NCBI RefSeq assembly: GCF_009914755.1
Contig: NC_060935.1
Reading direction: 5' to 3' (one strand)
Length of the DNA: 64,000 nt
Source of the DNA: the human T2T-CHM13v2.0 reference genome, Homo sapiens
Position numbers and translations under genes: made by a program. This document shows, piece after piece, positions 1 through 12,530 of the stretch. Below the pieces are notes generated by a model. It was not told where the DNA came from, made no database searches, and worked only from the letters and a program-made list of their open reading frames with translations. Numbering within the stretch: position 1 is the stretch's first letter; every line of letters starts with the position of its first letter.

Positions 1-95
1 TCTTTGTTTGCCAAAGTGCCAGCCAGAAGACTTCCAGGTAGGCAGGGAGATGAGCTCCAGACAGGGGATCAGCGGGACGTGTCTGCTGGGCGCCC

Positions 96-266
96 AAGTC
101 ATTTTGCTGGTAGCTAATGTCATTTCCAGTTAGTGGGCTCCTGGAAGAGGTGCCTGCAGATGCTCAGATGACATCATTGGGGACCAGCCTGTCACCAGGG
201 GAGATAACAAATGGAGCCCAGCTCTGAGTTCCTGCTGCCCCAGGAAGTCACAATTCATTTCTTGGC
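96..266 (+). repeat. Copy A of a diverged local direct duplication (partner 3085-3269)
   Basis: Exact 20-mer GCTAATGTCATTTCCAGTTA at 113-132 and 3105-3124; about 67/85 identity over 113-197 vs 3105-3188 by manual alignment. Confidence 0.85.
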
Positions 267-437
267 CTTGCTATAGGCCTGGAGAGTAGACACCCTGTGT
301 TTCCACCCTGGCCAAGTCCCAGAGAACCAGTATGCACCCTCCTGCTGGCTGCTTTTCCACAACAAAACCAAGTGGGACATTCTGAGTTTACCCAAAACTG
401 TTTGGCAACTGTAATCATAGAAACTGGACAAGCTCGA

Positions 438-1610
438 TGTAGTATACACTATTGGTCATCTGCTGACACCCACTTACCGTTCCTCCTGGGCTAATAGAAC
501 CCAATTTTTTTTCACATATGCACTCTCCTCCAGAAGGGATTGGCCTATTCGCATCCTCAAGGGATAAATTGTCATTGTTCTAAGCCATTCATTCATTCAT
601 TCATTCATTCAACAAACACAATTGAGCACCTATTTTGTAGTGGACATTGTTTAGGCACTAAAGATAAAGTCATTAAAAAAAGTCTTTGTCTTCATGAAGC
701 CTTAATAAACACACAGTTATATATTATATAATAACTTTGCAATGTCAGACCAAACAATAAATGTTATGAAGAGAAATAATGCCAGGTAAAGGTATAGAGA
801 AAAATAGGCTTGCTGTTTTAGATAAGGGGATGAGGGGAGGTGATATTTGAGCTAAGACATGAATGAAGGGAGGGCACCAGCCTGTGACTCTGCAGGGGAA
901 AAATGTTCCAGTCAAGGGCAACAGCAGGTGCAAAGGCCTCAGGGTAAGAATAAACCTGCACGTTGAGGAGCAGCCAGAAAGCCAATGTGGCTGGAATGTT
1001 ACAAACAGAGGCTGGGTCATAGAAATGGCTTTGGATTTTGCTCTAAATGATGGGAAATCACTGGGGGCTCTTCCACAATTTGTAATTTCAGAAGATTCCC
1101 ATGGTCACTGTGCAGAAAGCAGACTAAGGCAAGGCAAGAACAGAAGCAGGTGACCAGGCTACGTGGAGTACCAGGTGGTAGCTGGAGAAGTAGTGATAAC
1201 TGATTGGAATTGGGAACGATTTTGAAGTTTGAAGCAAAAGGATCTGCTGATGAATTTGGTGGCTAGAGTGAGAAACAAAAGAGTGAAGGATAACATCAAA
1301 GTTTTGAGATAGCACTACCAAGTAAATACAAGTGCTGTTAACTGAGATAAAGAGCACTGCAGGAGGAGCACTTCTGGCTGGGATGGGATCTAGGGCTGGG
1401 ACTGATGGGTACTCAGTTTGAGGTGCCTGATAGACATGCAGTTGGAGATGTTAGATAGGCAGCAGTGGGAGAAAGGAGTGTGAAGATTGGGAGAGAGGTA
1501 AGTCCCATGCCTCCACCAATGAATGGCTTAGGCTTCAGTATGGGGGGGCAATTCTAGCCAAAGGGATATGGCTGTAGGAGGCCTCTGGGTAAGATGTCCT
1601 CATTTCTAAT
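438..1610 (+). mobile_element. Old MaLR LTR fragment (MLT1J/K-like) split by an L2 insertion (pieces ~438-585 and ~1500-1610)
   Basis: Degenerate similarity to MLT1J/K consensus (GCTAATAGAACCC; GTTCTAAGCCA; TTCTAGCCAA...CTCTGGGTAAGAT) on both sides of the L2. Confidence 0.45.
586..1498 (-). mobile_element. LINE2 (L2a-like) 3' fragment
   Basis: (ATTC)n tail then AACAAA..TTGAGCACCTA, GCAGGTGCAAAGGCC, TTTGAGGTGCCT, typical of reverse-complemented L2. Confidence 0.85.
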
Positions 1611-1637
1611 GAGGATTTAAGATTGCTTGGATGTTTA

Positions 1638-1688
1638 GATGGATGGATGGATGAATGGATGGATGGATGGATGGACGGATGGATGGAT
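1638..1688. repeat. (GGAT)n microsatellite
   Basis: Direct reading of the sequence. Confidence 0.95.
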
Positions 1689-1744
1689 CTCTAAGTATCC
1701 ATTTATTTCCAGTGGTCATTCAAATCTTAAAGGTACAGTGAAGT

Positions 1745-2055
1745 CTAAGTTAGGAGACCTGGCTTTAATCCCTGATATTTTTTACTAATTAATCATAAAC
1801 CTAGGCAAAAACACCCCCTCTCTGAGTCTCAGTGTCCCCACCTGCACAATGAGGAAATTGGACTATATTGTTTTTATGAGCCCAGCTAGCCCTTCTGTTC
1901 TATGAAATTGTAAGAACATGGACTTTGGAACCAGAAGCTCTGAGAGAAATGTTGACTTTCCCCTACTTGATGTGCAATCTCTAGCAGTTCAAGGTTCCTC
2001 TGTGTTGCAGTTTCCTCATCTCTGAAGTGATGATTTATGGTCCTTCCCAACATTA
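1745..2055 (+). mobile_element. Two tandem MIR fragments
   Basis: CTCTCTGAGTCTCAGTGTCCCCACCTGCACAATGAG and CAGTTTCCTCATCTCTGAAGTGA resemble the MIR core. Confidence 0.65.
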
Positions 2056-2158
2056 ATTTCCATTAAGTCACAGCATAGTTTCCTAGTTACTTGTGTTGAT
2101 GGAAATAATGAAAACCTCTAGGAAAGCAGTAGTTATGAGGAAGCCAACCCCTCAATGC

Positions 2159-2195
2159 AAACACATGCACACACACACATACACACACACACACA
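2159..2195. repeat. Imperfect (CA)n microsatellite
   Basis: Direct reading of the sequence. Confidence 0.9.
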
Positions 2196-3084
2196 GTCTA
2201 GAAAAGGAGACCAGGCCTTTCCTTTCAGAGCAGCTACTCCCTGGCTCCGTCTGAGTATAAACTCTGGTCAAGGTGGGAACTATGCTCTTCTTGAGGCGAG
2301 CATGGTTGTTTCGACGGCTCTTAGCTTCCCTTGGCACCTCATTCCCAGGAGTTAAGAGCTACCATAAGAATCTCAAAGCTCAGTCCTGCTGGGTCCTGCT
2401 GTATCTACCACAGGGCTTGGGATGAATAAAAGACATTAAGACCATAAAGCTCCTGGCCCAGACTTGGCACATAGTGAGTGTTCAAACTGTCTTGTACCTC
2501 AGGCCCCTGTGCCCAGTTAGCTAAAGGCACTAATTAACTAAAATGAACAATAATGAACAATAATGGTAGAATATAAGGCAGTTTTAGATTTCAGATTTTT
2601 AACATGTTCAAATGCAGAAATCCCTGGGCTATTTTATTCATGTAAAAAGTCTAACAATAATTGCTAATTTTTGAAAACAAATCAAGCATAAAATAAAAGA
2701 CTAAAGGAAACCATTCTCTTACCATAGTTTAGACCATCTAGTCTAACAGAAATTTCTTTGCTCTGAAATGATATCAATTTCCCATTGCTAGTGTTGTCTG
2801 ATCAGTATCATATATGAAGGTTGATTAATAGGAAATGGGTAAATAGGTATATTATGACTTAATCAGTGCTTTATGTTTGAAGACTTGATCTTTCAAAAAT
2901 CTTTTATTTTTAATGAAAAGGGGTGTTCAGTGTCGTAAAGGTTGGGAGGCAGCAAGCTAAAATGTCGAATGTTTTGACAGGGGCCTGCTGGTGACTATAT
3001 CCCTCCCTTTGATGTATGAGCCCTAAGAACCTCTGAGCTATGTCGATGTGTCCCCAAAGCACAGATCCAAGGGAGAAAGGGGAA

Positions 3085-3269
3085 AAGACACTCTGCTAAC
3101 AGTGGCTAATGTCATTTCCAGTTAACTGGCTTTTGGCAGATATGGTACAGATGTTCAAATGACCTCATTAGGGACCAGGATGTCAACAACAAGAGAGATA
3201 CAAACAGAGCCCTGCTTAAGATTCCTGCAGATTCCTTGGGTTTGGAATCCCTTAACTCATTTCCCAAGC
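3085..3269 (+). repeat. Copy B of the diverged local direct duplication (partner 96-266)
   Basis: Same alignment as copy A. Confidence 0.85.
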
Positions 3270-3969
3270 ATTCCAAAGGGTGGGAATTTCAGGCGATGGC
3301 ATGTGGCATTATGAAGAATTTTAGGGAAGATGGAGCTTATATTAGTTAAGAGAGGCTAGCTTTGCTGCAATAACGAACCCGCAAAGCTCTGTCTCTCTCC
3401 CCTTCTATTTCACTCTGTGGGTTGGCCTCATCCTCTGCTATATCAGATGATCTTCCTGCAGGCAGCATGGAGAGACTGGGCACAGCCTCCAGAGGTGGCC
3501 GGGTTTACATTCACTTGTATCTCTCAGCCACATATGTAAAATCCTAAGGAAGGACCACGCTGAATCAAGGTTCATATATCTGCTTCCCCTACTAGACTAT
3601 AAGGCTGCAAAAGGCAGAGAATGAGTCTCACTCTGCTACCTTCTGCAGTCTCTCTTAACCTGGAGTTGCCCTGTAAGGGACACTAAGTAAAAATTGTTCA
3701 GTTGAATAGATTAGCAAACCACTCAGCACAAACCAAGAAGAAAAGAACTAAACACAGAGAAGACTGACAACAGGGGTGATTTAGAAACAGACTAGTCAAC
3801 TGTTGATCAAAATTTTGTTACATTCAACAACAGCAGCGATTCTGAGAGCCCTGGAGATATTTTATCCAATAAACTCTTTCCAGAGCTAATAATAAAAATT
3901 TCTTGCATGGTGGTTTACAACACAATTTTACATCCCCCCCACCCCGCCCCGCATTTTTTTTAGCATCAC

Positions 3970-4335
3970 TTCAATACAATTCAACAAACAGTAATGAGAT
4001 TCTTCCAGGTGCCAGGCGCTGTGCTCAGTGGTGGGCTATGGCAGTAGAAACAGGTCCTTGCCTCAGAGAACTCTCAGTGACTGTAGTACTAAAGAGAGAG
4101 ATTAAATAATTGAAGAGATAATAATAGCTGATATATTTACCGAGAGCATTTGCTATGTGTCAGACACTAGACTGGGTGCCTAACACATATTAACTCAATT
4201 CATGCTTACAATAATCCTTTGAGACGGATACTATTATGAGCCTTGGAAGTTGGGTGACTTATCCAGGGTAAGCAATTGACAGAGCCAGGATTTAAACCCA
4301 TGTAGTTTGGCTCCTGAGTCTATGCTCTTAGCCAT
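3970..4335 (-). mobile_element. L2 3' fragment followed by MIR
   Basis: GTGCCAGGCGCTGTGCT..CCTTGCCTCAGAGAACTC (L2); ATAATAGCT..ACTATTAT..AGAGCCAGGATTTAAACCCA..TGCTCTTAGCCA (MIR). Confidence 0.75.
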
Positions 4336-4922
4336 CATAACTGTACCACCAGCCAACCACAGTGTTAGGAGAGTTAAAATGGAAAGTAAAGGGGTTGAGG
4401 AAGGCTCCAGCATTTAACCCAGTCAAATATTAGAGGCACATCTGCCAGTCTAAAATCCAGTGTCCTTCCCGCCAGCCTGGGTATAAAGGCTCAGTGCAGT
4501 GGCTGCGTTATTAGCTGCACTTACAAGTCTCCAGGGAGCTCCAGATATAACTCCCCATTGGTGTTCTCCCAATTGTCTGAGCATAAATAGCCAATAGGTC
4601 CTCTCCATACCCCACAAAGAACTTAGAAACGAATCATCCTTCTGGTAATTGCATTAACCGAATGTTTTTGTTTGTTTGTTTAATTTAAGAGTTAAAACAG
4701 AATGACCTTGTCTTTGAAATTGTGAAATAACAATTAGAAGTTATTTGCTTATATTTATATTTAGAATTAAAGGATATTCATATGAACAAGTACAAAACAG
4801 GGGTGATGGGGTTGGCAAGGGAATGAGGGCCTTCATAGAGATGGATTATTGTTCATTCAACTGTAATGATTAACAATTAAAAATCCACTCTTGCAGTTCC
4901 CCATGTCAGGGGAAGGATAGAA

Positions 4923-4988
4923 GTTTTTGTTGTTGTTTTTTTTGTTTTTTTTTTTTTTGGTGTTTTGTTTTGTTTTGTTTTGTTTTGT
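4923..4988. repeat. T-rich / (GTTTT)n simple repeat
   Basis: Direct reading of the sequence. Confidence 0.9.
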
Positions 4989-5019
4989 CTGAAACAATAA
5001 GTAACCTCTTTCTTTCCAG

Positions 5020-5130
5020 GGAATGCATTAGAATAAGGGGTTTCCCAAGACCTGGACAAAAGCCAGGATATTTGGGAGTCAAAGTCCCCTGCCCCTCCTT
5101 TTGGCCTCCGTCCTTGTGGGTCCTTGTAAG
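5020..5130 (+). other. Candidate 111-nt internal exon (non-coding transcript or pseudo-exon)
   Basis: GTAACCTCTTTCTTTCCAG|G acceptor and AAG|GTAAGC donor. Confidence 0.3.
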
Positions 5131-5254
5131 GTAAGCGCTCAGGCTGAGAGCTCAGCTGAGTGGGGAGAAGGGGCTGACCACCTGGAAGCCTTAACCCAAA
5201 GAGGCACAGTGTAGGTTGGGCTGGGTGGCAAAAGCAGGGCAACAAAGTAAGCCC

Positions 5255-5472
5255 AATAATAGCTCACCCTTAGCATTTATTGAGTACTTACGATGGCTGA
5301 ACATGAGTCTACACACTTCACATTCAGTAGTTCATTTAATTAGGTTGATAGAATTAGTATCCCCATGTTGCAGGTAACAAAAGTGAGGCACAGGGGTTTG
5401 ATGTTGCTCAAGACCATACTTCTAGGAAGTGGAGGATCCAGAATTCAAACGCAGGTAGGGAGACTCCAGTGT
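5255..5472 (-). mobile_element. MIR
   Basis: CATTTATTGAGTACTTAC..CCCCATGTTGCAG..GAGGCACAG..GAATTCAAACGCAGG. Confidence 0.75.
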
Positions 5473-5882
5473 CAGCACCCTTCACCAGGATGCCACAGCA
5501 AAAGGGTCATCCTGAGATCACCGCTCTGCTGATTTGGATTTTGAGACCTTCTCAGGATTCTTCGGAGAGCACCTCTTTTATGAGCTCTGCTGGCCCCGAA
5601 CTTGATATTCTCCAGTGATTTTTGGCTTATAGCTGCCTCCTTACAAATTGGCAACTAATTTTAACCCCGGAGCTTCTGTTCCTGGGTAATGTGGTGGGGA
5701 GGGGACAGAGAGAGAGGAAGACAGACAGACAGACAGAGGTAGGTTGGCTATTATTTTAGAAGAAGTTAGACAGCAATATAACCAGCCTCTCACCCAAGTG
5801 ATAAAAAAGTCATTGTTGGGGCATGTTTGCACCAAAAACAGAGAGAGAGATTTTCCTGAATCATTTCTAATTTTTTATTTAG

Positions 5883-5956
5883 GCTTCACACTTTTCCTGG
5901 GGCCTCTGGGCAGGCTTCCAGATCCCGGTATCCATAGTTGACTCTGAGCTCCCGAG
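5883..5956 (+). other. Candidate 74-nt internal exon (non-coding transcript or pseudo-exon)
   Basis: TTCTAATTTTTTATTTAG|G acceptor and GAG|GTAAGT donor. Confidence 0.3.
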
Positions 5957-6564
5957 GTAAGTGATCTGTCACTCCCAGGCCTGGGGAAGGGTTGGGCAGA
6001 GGCCTGAACAGACTATGCTTGGCTCAGCACCCTGACATTGTACATACTAATGCAATGTGAAGTAGCACGTCTAAATAGCCTGTCCAACTTTTTTGATGTT
6101 CTTGAATCCACAGATGGGATTCATTTCCACACTGTTCGCAAAACGTAAACGATACAAGGACATTAAAGAGCATTAAACTACTTGATGACATTTTGGTCAC
6201 ATTAATAAAAAGTGGCATTTTTAAAACTACCAGAAAGAAAGAGAAAGAGTTTGGGGGTGGAGAGGGGAGAGATGAAGAAGAAGAGAGACAAAGCAGGGAG
6301 GGGGAAGGAGGAACAAGAGAGGGATTTGAATTCATCTAAAGTATAAAAGAAATGCTGGCAGTCCCAGCTCTTCTCAACCCAGTTGGGACTTCATTTAGTA
6401 TGACATAAGAAGCAAATCTTTCTGGACAGATCTGTGGAACACACCCACACTTATATAGTGAGTGGTGCAGACAGACTAAGATATTAATGTTTCCTTCCAG
6501 ACTGATTCATTTGGCCAAAATAAACTCATATACCACTGAGACATGAGTGAGGACAAGAGGAACA

Positions 6565-7086
6565 TCAGACTCACCTCCTCCAGGAAGCCTTCTATGAGTA
6601 CCTCCTCAGGCTAGACTAGGTGTCTCTTCTCTGGACTTCCAGAGGCCCTACGCTTACTCTCATCATAGCCTACATCATCGCGGCATTTAATCACTGATTG
6701 ACTTGCCTAAATCCTCCCTAGACTGTGGGTTTCTTGAGGGCATAAGCTAGGGCGAGAAGCATACATTCAAAGAGACGTACGTCTCTTCAAATTGTTGGGG
6801 TTCAAATCCCAGCTAGCCCTTGTATTGGTTTTAAGACCTGAAGCATAATTAGTTAAGCTCCCTGGGTCTCAACTGCGACATCTATAAAATGGGGTAAAAG
6901 GAAAACCCAGTTCATAGACTTGTAATGATTCCTAAATGAGGTAATGAATGAAAGGCACATAACCCCATGCCTGGTACACACACACAGGACATATGGTCTA
7001 TATTAGCATTAACATTATGCCTAGCACCCCAAGCAGTTGGCACATAAAAGGCACTCAATAAATACAGTACTGTTAAATCAATGAAT
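6565..7086 (+). mobile_element. L2 3' end interrupted by a MIR (~6750-7010)
   Basis: TCACCTCCTCCAGGAAGCCTTC..CTAGACTGTGGG..TGAGGGC (L2), GGGTTCAAATCCCAGC..CTATAAAATGGGG (MIR), then GGCACATAAAAGGCACTCAATAAATA..AATGAAT (L2 end). Confidence 0.75.
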
Positions 7087-7809
7087 CTCAACAGACTCAC
7101 TTAGAAAAAATCACTTCCCAAGGGGACTAAGGAATTGGACATGGAGCCATAGAATGTGCAAATGGGTGGCAGAGACATTTAATAACTTATCAAGTCCTGG
7201 GCACCTTGTTTTAAAATAAAAAACCAGTACTGGTCTCTCTCTGGAGTGCCTCGGGAGGTGTCCTGCTCTCCTAACAACCATGGCTGGTGAAGGAAGGGCG
7301 AGCAGTCCCAACCCCCGCCAGCAGCCCATGCCCCCCTCCCCTCACCCACTTTTTTGGCAGAGCTCTCTCCTTCCAGCCCTGGTGGTTACATTAATTGCTA
7401 ATGACAATGGCAACCTTCACTCTGTGTGGTTTCCTGCCCAGATTCTGGATCCTTTACAAGGCTCCCTTTTCTTTTTTCCCAGATAGGAAATGCAACCCGA
7501 GACGTGTGAAGAAAAAAACAGTGTGCTTATTGTCATAGCCTCCACTTCTCGGCTGGGCCCGGCTGTGTGTGCCTGCCCCGCCACAGGGAAGAATAAACCC
7601 AGACTCAAATCATAGGAAATTCATCAAATGTGCTTCTCAGAGCTCTGTCTTTCAAGGTCTGTTTCCTTGCCATATGATCTCTATAAACCAAATCACTGTT
7701 AGCCAGGGCACAGGACCAGAGGCGCCGGAGGCTCATGGATAATGAATGCCAAATGCATGTGACAATAGACTGATCAGAAAGCAGAATAGAAATTTCTGAG
7801 TTGTGCTTT

Positions 7810-7920
7810 TATATATGTATACACACACAGACAGGCACACACCTATGTGTGTGCACACACTCAAGCACACACACATGCATGCATATCACACACACACACA
7901 CACACGGGTCAAGCACACAA
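7810..7920. repeat. Degenerate (CA)n/(TA)n tract
   Basis: Direct reading of the sequence. Confidence 0.85.
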
Positions 7921-9604
7921 TATATCTTAATGTATAAAGGCCAGTTGTGGTCCTTGGTGCCAGATTCAGATAACTCATCTCTCAGTTACTTTGTCAAGAC
8001 AAAGAAGCCTGTGGATCAGAAGGATAAAATGGAAGAGGAAAACAAATCAGAACCCCGTTTAGCTGGGGACACTCAATGTGGAGGAGGCACAGATTTGACT
8101 TTGAAATTTAGGATGCCTTGCACTCAGCAACTAACACAGGACACAGCACACAAGGGGGCCTCAACTGAAAAATGAAAATCAAGGACTTATTCCTGGGCAC
8201 CAAAGGTAAGTGGGAGAAATTGCCCTAAACGGAATGAATTATTGTGTGATCTTTTCAATAATGGTTTTGACCCCTCCTAGGTCTGACCAACCCCTTCACT
8301 CACTAACCAGTTTCCAGTGTGACCAAGACAGAGAACACAGGACAGAAACTAGCAGGCCACCAGCTGAAGGCAAAAAGGTAATTAATGTTATAGCCTTTTA
8401 GATTCTAGAAAATACTGCACTTAAAACTGCAAGTCAACTAAGCGGCTGTCGGCAACCGATAAATGCTTCCATATTCACAGGCATCAGCAGTCTTCCCGTT
8501 ACAAAAAAAGTAATAATACATACATATTAATGGATCACATTTTGTCCTTTGGGGAGCATAATTTTTAAAAGGGCCAAGGCAGCAATAATAGTTCCTTTAA
8601 AAATTCTAAATGCTGTAATTGTTTTCTCTGAATTATGGTGCTAGGATTTAATTAGTGATGAATGTTCGGTATGGGGTTTAGACATTTTTGATGAATTCAG
8701 CCAAACAGAAAAGTAGTCTTGTCCTTATTGCTCCCACCCGGGCCCCCGCCCTCTTTTCTTCCTTAGAGTCCTGAAATGTGCGTGTGCAAGAGCACATGTC
8801 TACGAAGGGATTTTATTTTCTGCAGTTTCACTGTAGCTAAGAAGGAGATTGCCTTAACCACAGTTCAACAAGGAACATGAAACATGGTCAGTGAGGTCAT
8901 GCAATTCAGCACAAGTTTTGAGGTTTTCTGGTTATAAGGAGGAAAAATAATAAAATGTAAATGGTAGAAATTTCTTTTTGGCGATGTTCTTATCATTAGG
9001 AAGAAGTTGCCCATATCTTGGGCCTGGTCTCCTGGGCTTCAAGGGCTCACGGACCAAAGGGCTAAAGGTGTCAGGGGAGAGTGGTAGAGGGCAGAGAGGA
9101 AGGACTTTCTTCATTCATTTGACGAATAACCATTTAGCAAGACCTGCTGGGTCCAGGCTCTGAGCTGGGCATTGCACACAGGGCCCTGGCAATGGAGTCC
9201 CTGCCTGGGGATAAATACAATTGCTTTGTTCTTCTCCAAACCACTTCTTTGTAAAAGCAGCTGGAGAGAAGCCCAGACCAGCAGCCATCCACACAGGCAG
9301 AATCAAGGAGGCCTACATAGCAGGGCCCCTGGGGGCCATGCCTACCCCTCCCATCCACCTTCAGGACTTCTTTCATTTGAGACCTGGAGGCTGCTCCTGG
9401 TTCCCAGTATCTTCTATTAACATGCAAATACTCCTGGGAAAGGTCACACCTTGAGACCCCATCAGCTAACCTCTTGCTCACCAGTTACTTCTTAGCAAGG
9501 ATTAGCAGAAATAGAACACCAAGAGAAGGCCTGGGGGTGAGGGCTGGGGGGAGGTGAGGGCTTATGGGGAGGGAGGTGAAAGACCTTCCTACTGCCAAGA
9601 TTTT

Positions 9605-9765
9605 CCTGGACAGTCGAATTGATTTAATGCAATACAATAAATCAATGATATTATTTCAATAAATGTTGATCTTTTTACACTGCAAAACAAACTAAAATCT
9701 CATTTGCATACCATCAAAAGTATTACATTTAAATTAATTCGCAAATTAGGTATCATTCTGGGTTC
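9605..9765. promoter_or_regulatory. Candidate enhancer (AT-rich, PBX-HOX/ONECUT-like and octamer motifs)
   Basis: ATTGATTTA 9618-9626 and TAAATCAAT 9638-9646 inverted pair; ATTTGCAT 9702-9709; no repeat similarity seen. Confidence 0.4.
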
Positions 9766-10114
9766 CACCACATGTTCCAGATAGAGTATAGGAACACAGA
9801 GTCTTCCCCATTGCCCCGATTGTGCTACAAATAGCAACTGCTTCACAATCTTGCCTAAAGTGTAAACATGTTGCCCCCATCCCCAAATGGCAGACCCAGG
9901 TGGTCAATGGAGGTTTTGTTCACTCTGTCTAGCACCCCTCTTGTTTCTCTCTATCATCTCCCTCCTCAATTCCATTCTTCTTGCCTCCCATCTCAAAACC
10001 ACCCGCCTCTACCATAGGCTTCTCTAGAGTGCTATTGAGGCCCAGTGGTTTAGCTGCTACAGAGCTTTCATCACGCTTCCCAATGAAGTCCTTAAAATGC
10101 CATCCTGGAGAGGG

Positions 10115-10285
10115 TCCCGGTTAAAAGCATAGGGTCCTGGATCTGTCAGAAAGACCGGAGTTCAAATTCTGGCTCTGCCATTTTTAGATACTGGAGACAA
10201 GTGACTTTCCTCATCAACTGTCTTTTGAGAGGATTAAGTGCAATTATAGTAAGTGCTCAATAAATATTTGTTACTGCTGTTGTTA
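10115..10285 (+). mobile_element. MIR (internally deleted)
   Basis: GGTTAAAAGCATAGG..GTTCAAATTCTGGCTCTGCCA..TGAGAGGATTAAGTG..TAGTAAGTGCTCAATAAATATTTG. Confidence 0.7.
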
Positions 10286-10442
10286 TAACACACTATCTTC
10301 TTTATAAAATGAGATTGCAAAATAATGTGCAGGTAATTTTCTTAAAAAGCACCATGGTGAGTATGTCACCAGTTATTCCCTTAAGGAAATGTTTACTTTT
10401 TTAAACATTTTTGTCATGGATCATAATTGTTATTTATTTTTT

Positions 10443-11242
<800 letters not shown>

Positions 11243-11479
11243 TTGCAAACAAATGGGCCAATCAGCGACTCAGGTGAGAAAAAGAAAAAAAAAATTGTCC
11301 TGTGACTTACAGGCATGTCTTCACGGTTTTTTTAAATGTAATATTTGATACATACAAAATAAATTGTTGATGCATTTAAGTTTCTATATTTGGATATATA
11401 AATGTATATTTATTTTTAAAAAATTATATGTACATAATATGTATACATGTATGATTATTTTTTAGATGAATAGCTTGTC

Positions 11480-12530
11480 AGGCATTTTGATACATAGAAG
11501 AAGAGGGTTATATCTGTACCAAATATGATAATATTTTTATACATATTGGTAACCTTCTTTCTCACTTAACAACAGTCAAGAATGTATTTTTGATGTCAGC
11601 AAATCTATGTCTATATCATCCTTATTAATCCTGTTACATGTTCTTTGAATGGATAGATACCATCATTTATTTAACCTATTCTCTCTTCAAACATTTAGCT
11701 TCATTTCAATTTTTAAAATTGTCATGAATAACGTTGTGATGATCATCCTTTGCACAAATGCCTTTGCCTATTTATCTAATCATTCTCTTAAGATAAATTT
11801 TTGGAAGGGAAATTGCTGGGTCAAATGTTTAAGATCATTGATATGTTTTGCCACATTGTGGCAAATGTGAAATGTATTTGAAATGTATTTGCACATTTCA
11901 TCATGTGCAAATTTATACTTTCATTAACAGTTTATGAAGGTGGCCTGACATTTTGGCTTTTGTTTTATATTGCTATGTTTCTTTTTTTTTAATCTTACTG
12001 ATAAAAAGGATTTAAAGTCCTTTAAGTCTGAAGGCTAAGAACCCTTTGTCTTTCACACATTCTATAGTGTATTTGCCATACAGAAATATTTCATTTTTAT
12101 ATAGTAAAATGTATATGTTTTTTATGGTTTCAGCTGCTGATGCAATATTTAGGAAAACTTTCCCTAATCGTGATCATAAATTTCCCTTTAGATATTTTTG
12201 TGGCCTCAGTTTTTACATTTTATTTTTTAATTAATTCAGAATTTAATGGTGTAAGGTAGGAAGAAAAAATCCAAATTAATATGTTTTCGGGTACCATCTT
12301 TTGCCCATCTCTCCACAAATGAGATATTACTTCTATTATATACCACATAATAGCATGGAGGAGTGTTCTGTTATTTTCTGCTGATCCATTCATCTATTTT
12401 TTTCACAGAATTATGCTATTTTAATTATTACTGCTCTATAGTATATTTAATGTCTAGCAGGGCTAGCCTCTTCTCATGGTTTTTTTTTTCAATAATTTTA
12501 ATATAGTCTTTTCCATTTTTTTAGTTCCAG
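11480..12530 (-). mobile_element. Ancient L1 (L1ME-like) 3' fragment
   Basis: ATGGATAGATACCATCATTTATTTAACC..GAAATTGCTGGGTCAAA..TTTTAATTATTACTGCTCTATAGTATATTTAATGTCTAGCAGGGC. Confidence 0.7.
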
